DNA of 64,000 nt from NCBI RefSeq assembly GCF_008831285.2, contig NC_045138.2, positions 13,578,001 to 13,642,000 of the forward strand, in the 5' to 3' direction. Origin of the DNA: Nymphaea colorata (lineage: Eukaryota). The position numbers and the translations under genes were made by a program. The notes beneath the pieces are model-generated. The model did not search any database. It had not been told where the DNA came from and saw only the letters and a list, made by a program, of their open reading frames with translations. Within the stretch, counting starts at the first letter, position 1. Every line of letters starts with the position of its first letter. Shown piece by piece: positions 41,216 to 52,279 of the stretch.

Positions 41216-41461
41216 GAGTCCAGCCTATGTATTCCAAGTGGTGGCGATGACACCTTGTGCTAAGTTGAAGCTAGTCCACATCACCCAGATGTGTTGTTAT
41301 TCATTAGTTACAAGACATTTGTTTATATTTATTGTTGTCCTTTTGGTAAAATTTGATGTTCTACATATTCAGAGCATACCAGAGATAAACAAATTCAGAG
41401 GGATGATGAGTACTACGACGGTGATAATGACAATGATCACAACATGGAAGATGGCTTATAG
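35004..41461 (+). CDS. HDA9: Histone deacetylase 9 (RPD3/HDA1 class I, HDAC3-like), ~431 aa
   Basis: 14 exons: 35004-35040, 35956-36068, 36174-36291, 37271-37345, 37562-37781, 38423-38486, 39045-39137, 39221-39329, 39482-39531, 39755-39845, 40062-40132, 40238-40336, 40704-40770, 41373-41461 (1296 nt, in frame). [30 protein letters not shown] start, [75 protein letters not shown]9-type tail [14 protein letters not shown]. Confidence 0.96.
35044..35071. repeat. (CT)n microsatellite immediately after the HDA9 intron 1 donor
   Basis: GTA followed directly by ~14 CT units. Confidence 0.9.
36409..36805 (-). mobile_element. Putative solo LTR / LTR fragment in HDA9 intron 3
   Basis: TGTAA...TTACA inverted termini (TG..CA); on the minus strand a TATA (CTATATATAG 36582-36591) is followed by AATAAA (36456-36451), i.e. 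U3-R-U5 order. No clean 5-bp TSD seen. Confidence 0.4.
38574..38822. repeat. Tandem duplication of a 124-bp unit containing (GA)n, in HDA9 intron 6
   Basis: TATCTGCATGTGTGTGG...GTGGTTTGAT starts at 38574 and again at 38698. Confidence 0.9.
41153..41210. repeat. Compound microsatellite (CT)n(GT)n in the last HDA9 intron
   Basis: Directly visible. Confidence 0.95.
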
Positions 41462-42375
41462 GAATTTATGTACTTGTATGACTTGTTTGTATCACGTCAA
41501 GGAGATGGCACACTGTTTCAATGTGATATCTCAATGCAAGCAGCAGGTTCCAGGATTTTACTTTTAATGAAAGGTGGGTGGATCGAGGAAAGAAGGGTAT
41601 GAAGTAATTGAAGGAAAGGCTGCAGGCATTTCCATGTAAGGGCTGGGTTTGATTGCATAGATTCAATGTAAAATCCCATTTCTGGTTCTATTTCCAGGAA
41701 CGTTTTCCTCTTAAATCCAAGGTTGTTCAGATGAGTTGGCCTCCTCTGATGATTGTGGTGTTAAACTGATGAAGACAAAATTGTACATGGAATGGCAGGT
41801 ACCAAGTATCCCTCGTAGGGACATTATTGTATGGCAGCCACTATTCATATAAAGTTTGTAAATTCTATCGCTAGTTTAGCTGCTTCTCAAATACTTTTCT
41901 TGTTGCACAATGTGCCATGCTTAAATAGTATTAGTTATCATTGAGCTGCAATTCTTTCATGTGAATGTACTCCTTTGGATTTGTGGCTGGACATGAGACC
42001 ACGTTCCGGTATTGCCTAGTTATTTGCTCGACAAAATGCATTTCTAACGAAGCCTAGGAAGGGGCCAACCATAAAAGTTTAACCTGACCAGTTCCTTTAC
42101 CAAGTGCAGTTTAGTGAGACTTCGTTAAGACACCATTTCGAGACGGTATTGTCCTATTTTTTCCGTTGCATTCATGTGATGTGACAGAAATTGATCTTAA
42201 AATCAAGATATCTGCAATGATGTACGATTTGTATTTGTTTGCTAAAATAAAAATGACGGTCATCATAATCAAAACCATATCATTGTCACCCCGTTCAGGC
42301 AAACAAGCATGCGTAAAGTCATGTTGCTGCTGGACAGAACTGTTCCAAGAACAAACCAGTCTATTCATGCGTTCC

Positions 42376-42428
42376 ACAGTGAGAGATGTAAAGGTATGTA
42401 CAGTGAGAGATGTAAAGGTATGTACAGT
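42376..42428. repeat. 24-bp tandem repeat, ~2.2 copies
   Basis: ACAGTGAGAGATGTAAAGGTATGT at 42376 and 42400. Confidence 0.85.
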
Positions 42429-44319
42429 AATACTTTCATCCGTTGTTCGTGCAAACAAGCATGCCGTAAAGATATTTTACAGTAATATCTTTATGTGTCA
42501 TTGTCGTATGCTTTTTGATAGCACACGGACGTAGAGGGATGTTGGCATCGTCAGAAAGCCAGCGTTCTCTCAATCAAACGACTTCTTTTGGGGGCCAATC
42601 AGAGTCTGTGATTCTCAATTTGGAGGATCAGATATGGCATCCACAAGCTGATTAGACCGGCGCTTCGTACCCCAATCAACCCAAAAATCTTACCATCTTC
42701 TTGATGCCTGGATTGACATCCGTGCTTCATTTCCAGCAACGTAATGTTATTACGGCATTGACAGGAAGAAAAGAGTTGATGGACTGTCTTAGGTTCAGAG
42801 ACCATAGTACCGTCCAAAAAATGTGAATGTAAGACATGCCGTGAGTTATTGTCCGCAAAATATCAACTGTCCTGTCCAGCCAATATAGTTAGGTGAGATG
42901 CTGTGAATTTGCCTGAATCAGTCGATTCCGGTTTATTTGGTGTCCGACCGATCCGATTAGGTGGCTGACTGGAGGGTGCAACATGTTTGCTTTTTATTAT
43001 TCTTTAAATATTTCAAGATTTTTGTATTAGTTAGATCTTTATATATTTCTCAATGTATGTTTTTAAGAATAAATTTTTAATATTTTCGCCGATTCACAGA
43101 CAATTCAGTTGAATTGGTGAATTGGCCATGAACCCATTTTTACAACATTGATTAAGAGACTTTTTTTTTTTTTAAATGCACTTCCCGTTATACTTTTACG
43201 CTTTTCGGTTTACCTTTTTCACGACCTTTCGAGTTTGAGTTTTGTTTTTGGAATTTTTTGCAAGCCATGCATTTTGAAAAACTTTTGGTGCTCCGCTGAG
43301 TCCTCACCTAACTGCCCTCTCTCAAGAAGGTGGTTGGTAGTCCACACAACTTTTGAAAAAAAAAAAAATATTTGCATATGTCTTCGGAACTTGAGAGAAT
43401 TTGGGAGAGAAACTCCAACCGTTTAGCCTTATTAATATATAGGAACAAAACAAGAGTGTTTATCATTTTCTACCCCTGGGAAGCTGCGATGGTTGTGTTG
43501 TACAGTACTCATTCTAACGTAAGAAAGATATTTTCCAAATGTTTCTCTAGCTCAACGTATAAATGATTTTCCTTGATTTTCTGTTGGACTTAAAAACGAA
43601 TGAAAATGTCAAAATGAAACACTCAAGGTTCTTTCTGGAACAATCGAAAGCATCGGTTTTGAGCGACAATTTTACTTTTGATAAATTTTAAAAGCAGCCA
43701 CAAATTTTTACGATTTTCCATTAACTGCAGGCGTTTCGCCAGCCCGAGCGACGACTCTCTGAATCTGTTGGCCCCTCACTGTCACGAGCTCGCGTCTCAG
43801 AGGCGTCGGTTTCCAGCACAAGTCTGTGAGTGGAGATAAAGGAGGAAACTTGTCCCCTTCAGGAAGGGTAGGATACTTTTGTCTACGGGGGACTCTTTTC
43901 TCTGCCCGTAACATCTCACTGAGACGTTCCATACTTGAAAACAACGAGAGGAGGAGCAGGGAAAGTGCAACCATATCCAGGCAAAGTTGTAAAATCACGA
44001 AGTAATTCCTGAATTCTTCTTTCATCAGGTTCCGTTTCGGTTTTCTCCTCTCTCCTGCACTTTTCTGCTTTCGTTAGCGTCCAAATAACGAGTTTTGATT
44101 GGTATTGTCTTGGGGAAATGTCTTCATTTTCCTTTCTTGTTGCTATAAGATAGCACTGCTGTTTGAATTTCCCGTGATTGGGAACTGGTATCGTTTTTTC
44201 CCCTTTTCACGGTTCCCTTTAGTTGCTGTCCCTGAAAACTTTTCGATTTTTTGATTGGTCGGTACCTGGTGAATCAGAGTTTGAGTTGGAGATTTTCCGG
44301 TTTGGCCCTGTTGAACAGA

Positions 44320-47300
44320 ATGAGTATCAGTGATATGGTTTTGCAATTCTCCTCCAGGGTGCGATTACTTCCAACGTTCGATCATGGTGATTGTTGTAGA
44401 AGTTTGGGGTTCTCAGGTGCATCCAAGCAATTATTAAGTTTCAGAAGGGAAAGGGATTTGCGGAAACCAGGCTTTCTGAGACAGTCATGGGATTTCCATG
44501 GAAAATTTGGTAGGAATTCGTCGATATGCTGGTGCCAACGAACCGACAGTGTGAGCGAGCTTCTTGGATTGGGAGGAAACGGCTCCTTGCTTCCAGAGAT
44601 TACCGAACCGGGGAAAGCTACACGTGAAGAGGTGAAGGAGAAGAGATTGGTCACCAATGGATCGTCCGCGATTCGTGAAGAAGCGAAGGAGAAGGTATCG
44701 GTCACCAATGGATCGCCATTAGCTTCCGCAGGTTTTTACAAGGAAACGACTACTGAAGACGAGGCATGGGAGCTTCTGCAAGCGGCAGTCGTCTATTACT
44801 GCGGAAGTCCCGTCGGGACTATTGCAGCTAACGATCCTACTGATCCCAATATCCTAAATTACGACCAGGTCTTCATTCGCGACTTCATTCCCTCAGGAAT
44901 CGCATTTTTGTTGAAGGGGGACTATGATATTGTTCGAAATTTCCTCCTTCATACGCTTCAGTTGCAGGTATCTTGGTTTCTTTTTTGATTGCGATGAGAA
45001 ACAAAACTGATTTTTATGAATTTCGGTCGGTTTGAATGTTATGCTTACGGTTTCCTTCTCTCCCCAAATACTTAAGTTCTTTATTTGGAGTCTATTGGTT
45101 TTTATCCGTGAGGCGTCCATGCTTTTCAAAATTAAGAATTGATCAACAGACATCATAGAGCTAGGAGAAATTCTACTTGGAAAAATCTTGAGTGCCTTCA
45201 AAAGTTTTATGGACAATCTTGTAATCTTTTTTAGTCATCGATGATAGTTGGAATAGTTGGATTTTTCTTTTTGGTGAAGAATGTCAGCACATTCTTATTA
45301 AATCTGAGGATTTACCTATCACACCTTGTTAAATTTGAGGATTTACCTATCACACCTTGGCAGAGTTGGGAGAAGACCATTGACTGTCATAGCCCGGGCC
45401 AGGGTTTAATGCCAGCAAGCTTTAAAGTGCGCACTGTGCCACTAGATGGGGAAGATGGTGCCACTGAAGATGTATTAGATCCTGATTTTGGAGAGGCGGC
45501 AATAGGACGTGTTGCACCAGTTGATTCTGGTAAGCACTTCAATTAGCTTCATATGTGCCCATTCTTTGTTCAACACCCACATCCAAACTTCGGGCTATTT
45601 TTGCATCTAATGTTTTATATGTTAGGTCTGCAGGTTTGAGCTCTGTTAATTAATGGAAAGCATATGTCCACTTGGAGAAGTCTTAGTTGGGCTTTTAGAA
45701 AAATTGCATGCGCATGCATATGTGCACATTTGTGCATGTTTTCTTATCTGATTCATTAATTATATATGATCAATTTTCCTTTTCTTAAATTTAGTGGTTC
45801 TCCATTTTTTCTTTCTTATAATTATGTGATATTCGCTGCAGGATTATGGTGGATTATATTGTTAAGAGCTTATGGGAAATGTTCAGGAGACCTCTCAGTT
45901 CAAGAGCGAGTCGATGTTCAAACAGGAATTAAGATGATTTTGAAGCTCTGTCTTGCTGATGGTTTTGATATGTTTCCGACATTGTTGGTGACAGATGGAT
46001 CGTGCATGATAGATCGCCGTATGGGGATTCATGGTCACCCTCTGGAAATACAAGTAATGAATTGTATTCTTTACACATGGTCATTTGGTTTTGCATTTTG
46101 CACAATTCTGCACGTTCCTTGTTTCTTGCTTTCAACAATGTCTAAACAACAACCCTCGTGTGTACAGTTTTCATGGAGGAATGACCTTTTGGGTTTTTTC
46201 CTCATCTAGATGCCTGATCGTTAATCACTTCATTGTGGATATTTACATAGTTGACACATTTCTCCTTTTGGGAGAGAAGGAAAAAAAAAGAAGGAAATGA
46301 AAAGAAAAAAAAAATTCTGTACATTGCACATAAGGAGTTTCATTTGGACTAAGACATGTTATAATGGTAAAACAGATTCTTGGACTGTTTGCCAGGAGTA
46401 GATCACTACTGCTATCTATGTCACGTGAGAACTGATCATCATCTAAGTTGATTAGGCATATATGTTAGACCTTGTCATAACATATATAATAGATATATAT
46501 GTTAGGTATATAGTTGTCTCTTTCTGTATTTTTTTGATGTGACATGCTTTCTGTTAGAATGATCCTATTGGGTGCATAATCTTGGGTTTTCTAAAGGGAG
46601 AATTACAAATTTATTCATGTTTATGATTAGAGTTAAAACAGTGTTTCTTATGGAAGAAAGATACCATGATCTTATGTGATCAAGTTCATGGGGAATAATA
46701 TTGGACCTTGGCTATTACCTGTGACACCTGGATGAAGTGATGAACTCTTCCTCCTTGCTTTCAGATAATTTCATTCTAAAACAGTGGCACATGTTCAACA
46801 CGCTCTAGGGGTCTCCTTAGTCTCAGTTATCATTTTTATGCTCTTCATAGTCCGAGCCCAGGAAATGATGATGCTGATGGTGGCCTCTAACTGGTTCTTG
46901 CGTTTAATTTTCACAGGCACTATTCTATTCAGCTCTTCTCTGTGCCCGTGAAATGCTTGCACCCGAGGATGGTTCAGCTGACCTCGTTCGGGCACTGAAT
47001 AATCGGCTTATTGCATTATCCTTCCATATAAGAGAATACTACTGGGTTGACATGAAAAAACTCAATGAGATATACCGTTACAAGACCGAGGAGTATTCTT
47101 ATGATGCTGTCAATAAGTTCAATATCTATCCAGATCAGATCCCACCTTGGCTAGTAGAGTGGATGCCAGGTCGAGGTGGTTATTTGATTGGGAATTTACA
47201 ACCAGCTCATATGGATTTCCGTTTCTTTTCTCTTGGAAACTTGTGGTCTGTAGTTTCTAGTTTAGCCACAAGCGAGCAGTCTGAAGCCATACTCGACCTG

Positions 47301-48657
47301 ATCGAGGCAAAATGGACTGACTTGGTTGCTGAGATGCCAGTAAAGATCTGTTACCCTGCACTTGAAGGTGAAGAATGGAGAATCATCACTGGTAGTGATC
47401 CAAAGAACACGTAAGTTTCATCCCCCTCGTGATGCCTGCCATTTAATTTATTCATGTCCATTCATTTGTCCTTGTTCTTTGTGCAGGCCATGGTCCTATC
47501 ATAATGGTGGCTCTTGGCCAACATTACTTTGGCAGGTAACACCAAACCCTGCAATGCATTTTCGCATTGTGTTTGTAATTAGAAAATAAAAGAAATTTCT
47601 TTGTGAGGTTCAAAATTCAAATATTTGAATTACGGTTGTTAGAAAATAAAGAAATTTCTTTCTGAGGTTCAGATATTTGTGCATCCATGATGCTGATGTG
47701 GCAAGAGATCCACACCAATGTCCGTGATTCATCAAACTAAGGATCTCAAGTCAGACCTAAGATCCAAACTCGAGATCCCAGTTTGCCATATTTTACTGTT
47801 AGGGATCCTCTGGTCTTAATCCATGGAGTTCAAGGTCTGAGTATCTAAGGTCAGATCAGATCAGATCTGAGGTAACAACACCCACCTTATGGTTATGTCA
47901 TGTTCTTTATATATCAGAGGATTTCTCGGAAGTTCAATAAGCAGTTTGGAGAAGAAAAATTCACCTTCTAGATCACTATATATTGTTGTGTGGAAGCTGG
48001 CATTGTTACTGTTATATATATATATATGCTTAGGTGCTTAGATAATGGTTTTGATGAAAAATGGTAAACCCACCATAGTTACTGAGGGGAAGTGGAGGCA
48101 TCGGTTGGAAACTGATGGGTCATGTGTGCTATTTCCCCAGCTTGGATATTGGAGTATTCTCGAAATGGTGTGTGTGTGCGCACTCACTTGCCCATATTTT
48201 GGATGCACACAAGTTTTTGTTTCAGTTTCGATTGTATTGCTTTTTTCTTGTTTGAATTTGTACATCCGTGTGTTGGTTACCTGTGTATGTATAAACTCTG
48301 TAAACTCTAATACACGTTACCTTATTGCAGCTCACTGTTGCATGCATAAAAATGAATAGATTGGAGGTGGCAGCAAAGGCGGTTGAAGTTGCAGAGAGGC
48401 GAATATCAAGAGATCGATGGCCAGAATACTATGACACAAAGAAAGGGCGTCTGGTTGGGAAACAAGCACGCCTACATCAGACATGGTCTATAGCTGGCCT
48501 TCTAGTGGCAAAGCTCTTATTAAGAAACCCACAAGCGGCTAAGATGCTTACATGTGAAGAGGATGCTGAATTGGTGAGTGCTTTCTACTGCATGCTTGAT
48601 GCCAACCCCAAGAGGAAACGGGGTCGTCGGAGGGCTAGCAAGAGCTACATCGTCTGA
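44320..48657 (+). CDS. INVE: Alkaline/neutral invertase (GH100), alpha group, chloroplastic type (A/N-InvE / NIN3-like), ~631 aa
   Basis: Six exons: 44320-44967, 45364-45529, 45842-46053, 46917-47410, 47487-47535, 48331-48657 (1896 nt, in frame). Motifs [114 protein letters not shown]; Ser/Arg-rich N-terminal extension consistent with a transit peptide. Confidence 0.93.
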
Positions 48658-50424
48658 GAGTTAAAACAAAAACAAGCATAAAGGATGATCGCGAATACTT
48701 AGTTGGATGTTATTGGTAGTATGTTTAAAAATGCAAGCATAAAGGGTGATCACGTATATTTAGATGTTATTTGTAGTAGGTTGCATGATTTGCCATGTTG
48801 CAGAAGCGGTGGTCTTAATGCTGAACCTCTTATTATCCCAATGGTTCAGCTAATTGGGCTCCTTCCATTTCACCGAGGAGCTTCTTTGCCTTCCCGGCTT
48901 TCTCGCTCTCTTCAGTGTATCATTTCTAGCCATAACTGTTGTATACATAACTTCATGGTATGTACCTCGAATACCATTCTTAATGAATTACTTGCTCCTT
49001 TAGCGCTCTCTCTCTCTCTCTCTCTCTCGCTATGCATAGCAGCATAAGGAACTCAAAAATGGTCTTTTTTTTTTTTTTTGACTAACACTTTTTCTCGGGG
49101 TACATTTTCTGAAGATCATCACTCGTTAGTACGCTCATCAAGTGGTGTAGGTAAGTAGATCAACTGGGCAGTGAGCAGCTTGGTTACTTCTCAAAAATGA
49201 AGCTCTATGCAAGAATACAGATCCTAGAGAAGCGATAGTTAACTGATCATTTGTATCTACATTTGGTGAGGACACGGACCGATCGTCACACCAGCAAACA
49301 CCAAAATAGGATCTCAAATGGCAGGCCTTAGACCCAACTCCCTAACGTGCGAGCCGCATATTGCTGCAGAAAATAGGCAACAGACCTGCGAGTCAAAGTC
49401 CTTGGAATTCTTCTGCTGCCTCCACTTTTGACTGTTGATTGCGGAAATCTAGTGTACCAAAATTGCCTCTCCTATTTTAAACAAATTTAAGGATCTTTTC
49501 TTTTCATAGAAAACAACCACCAAGTTTTTGGGTGGCCGTGGCTCCTGTTTGATGTGTTATGAAAAGTAATACTTTGACCATTTGCAGGATCCAGATAACT
49601 GAATTGGCCTTAAAGTAAAATGAGATAACTGAGGGGTTGTAGGTGGTATAATCACTATTCGACCAATAGATCTGAAATTGAATCACATGAAATGCCGGAA
49701 ACTATTTCGAGATGAATTAGCCATTCAAGTTGCATAAATGGGAACCAATAGGGAAGGTAAATGTGCTGAAACCAAATTTGTCTTCCCTTAACTCTTCCAG
49801 AGGATCCAGTTGAACAAGAAAACAAGAGTTGGAAGAACAGCCAATCAATGCATTTCCTCATTATATGATTCACATATATGACGGTATTTCTCATCCGATT
49901 GGCTCTATGTTTTCATTGCCATGTTTTGCATTTATAACTTCTTTTCAAACTTGTCGGAGATCAAATTAAATTTCGTTACTAGGAAAAGAAAAAGGTATTT
50001 GACGATCTCCAGGAATCTGACTCTTTTTCCTTCTTAATTTTGAAGCTTATAGACTTACATTATTAGCTAAAAAACATATAAATCCCACAACATGTACACC
50101 AAGATATCTTCTTATAAGGCCTTGGGATTCTTTGCCTAAATATATAAAGAGGTTAACTACTAAAAATACCTTATGGACATGGACATTGCCGCGACGCCGA
50201 AATTATGGAAAGAATTTTCCAAGAAATAAATAAAAGGGAAAATTGGAACAGGTTGTTGGATATAAGAAAATATGCACCTTCTACACAGCAACAACTCGTA
50301 GAAAACTCCACGATTACTCTTGATTACGGAAAAGAAAAACATTCACCGGGAGGGAGTAGAAAGAGAAAGAGAGTTGCCAAGGCCCACTTTCCCTAAACTC
50401 TAGTAAAGTTTGACAATTACCCGA

Positions 50425-50536
50425 CAGTTGCAAGTGGTCCGGACGTAGTTTAAAGTTGATTGATTTAAAAGGTACCAAATTCAATTCTGATCCGACTTCC
50501 CGGCACTTACTCGAATCTCACCCATTTGCAACCCTG
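50425..50536. mobile_element. Small decayed MITE-like element
   Basis: Terminal inverted repeats GTTGCAAGTGG (50427-50437) / CCATTTGCAAC (50522-50532), 10 of 11 complementary; internal TCCGA/GATCC-type motifs; no TSD identified. Confidence 0.45.
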
Positions 50537-52069
50537 AAGCAACACAGGAAAGGGAAAACAAAAAGTAATAAAGCACCTGATCCTCGAGGAATATAAAACA
50601 CTGTCCCATGATGTGAAACCAATTAACGTGATGATTACTTGCCTTTGTAGGCACTAGGTAGTAGGCAGGTCAGATAATTTATACATATGGCGCAGCAGCT
50701 AGCTGAAGATGCAGAAGCTGATTGTAGGCCTAGAAAAAAAGCACCAAGCAAAAGCTGGTAAAATTGCAAGTACAACAATGATAAAAGAGCTTTGTTTTAG
50801 TTCAATCCGCAGAGGCATGATATGACCAGTTCAGATAGGCTCTCTTTCCAGACAGCATGTGACTTTGAAAAAAAACTAAACAGTAGCTTGACTCCCCAAA
50901 GGCAACAACCTACTGAAAGGATTGTTTCGACTGCGCTTTGTAAGTGTCCTATCTCTGGCATGCATTTCCACTTCTAAAGTTGAGTGACGAAAGAGTGGCA
51001 CGTTTTCTCTTTCAACCTTTTTCAAGTGCAACCTGAAACACTGTATGACAGTGAAAAAAGACCAAGATTTACTGTGTAAATGATATCGGGGCAATCAAGG
51101 TTGACGTAAGTGGTACAGAGATAGCCTGTTAACAATGCAACATGTCAAGTCTGTCCGCCTAGCAGAGGGAAACAGTGTTTGAATTCAAATGTTAAAACCA
51201 ACATCCCGAATTGATAGCAGCATGTGAAGCATTTATTTTTTTCCTTCCAAAGATCAGACTTTAAAGTTGAAAGTCTCCCCCCACAGGACATGGCCACGGG
51301 GAAGCGTCGTTAATTTCGTCTAGGTGTAGGGACAGGCAATGCTTCGAGTAAGGAAAGAGTCTGTACTCAAACTACTTGAACAGAAGAACCACCAAAGGAA
51401 ATTACTCCAAGTTGGACACTCTGCTGCTTTGCACAGGATTCTTCCCCCTTAAAGGGCACACGAAAGAGATACAGGTACAGAGAAAAGATCAGTGTGGGTT
51501 CCACCTAACACTAACAAGAATCAGAACTCGTAAGACACTCTAGGTCACGCCTAGTCTATTCATATCATTTCACATCAGACACAATGATCATCTTTCCGAT
51601 AAAGAAACCAGTGGCTCTCTGTTTTATGTGCATGTAAATACTTAAACTAGTTATGTAGGTTATGCAATTTAAAAGACATTCTTGCAAAACATGTTTGGCT
51701 TCCAGGATATTTATGAACAATTTTGATCTTTTCTATTACCAAATTTTTATTGTTATAATATTTTTGATTTTTTATTATTAGAAAATCTATTTAAACTAAA
51801 ATTAATTAATTTAACATATATTTCATATGAAATCATTTTTAGAATCACATCTGCAAAGTTAAATTGGGCAGCAATTTTCTTTTTCATGCAACAGTTTGGT
51901 TTTGATTGCCAATGCAAGTGATTTAAAATATATCCATTCTATTGTGTACATATAATTAGATCGTGTTCACGAAAGTGGTATTATTCTATCCACCTTTCAT
52001 TTTTTTTAAGAAAAGAAACCCATATATAGCTCTTACCAAACAAAAGTGAGTGACAAGGTGGAGAACATT

Positions 52070-52072
<3 letters not shown>

Positions 52073-52140
<68 letters not shown>
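52073..52140. repeat. Compound microsatellite (AT)n(AG)n downstream of the KIPK-like stop codon
   Basis: Directly visible. Confidence 0.95.
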
Positions 52141-52279
52141 ATGTTTTTGTGAGAACAAATTTATCATATTATTCACAACATTAAGAGCCTTTCACCAAAA
52201 TTCACGAATTCCCTTGTATACATACAGGTAGAGAAGACAACAAAACGAATACAGCAAAGGCCCGAGTAAGCTACTCAGA

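Noticed and set aside
44968..44976. Invertase intron 1 donor GTATCTTGG as a possible U12 intron
   Set aside because: Does not match the U12 consensus GTATCCTT, and no U12 branch site is evident.
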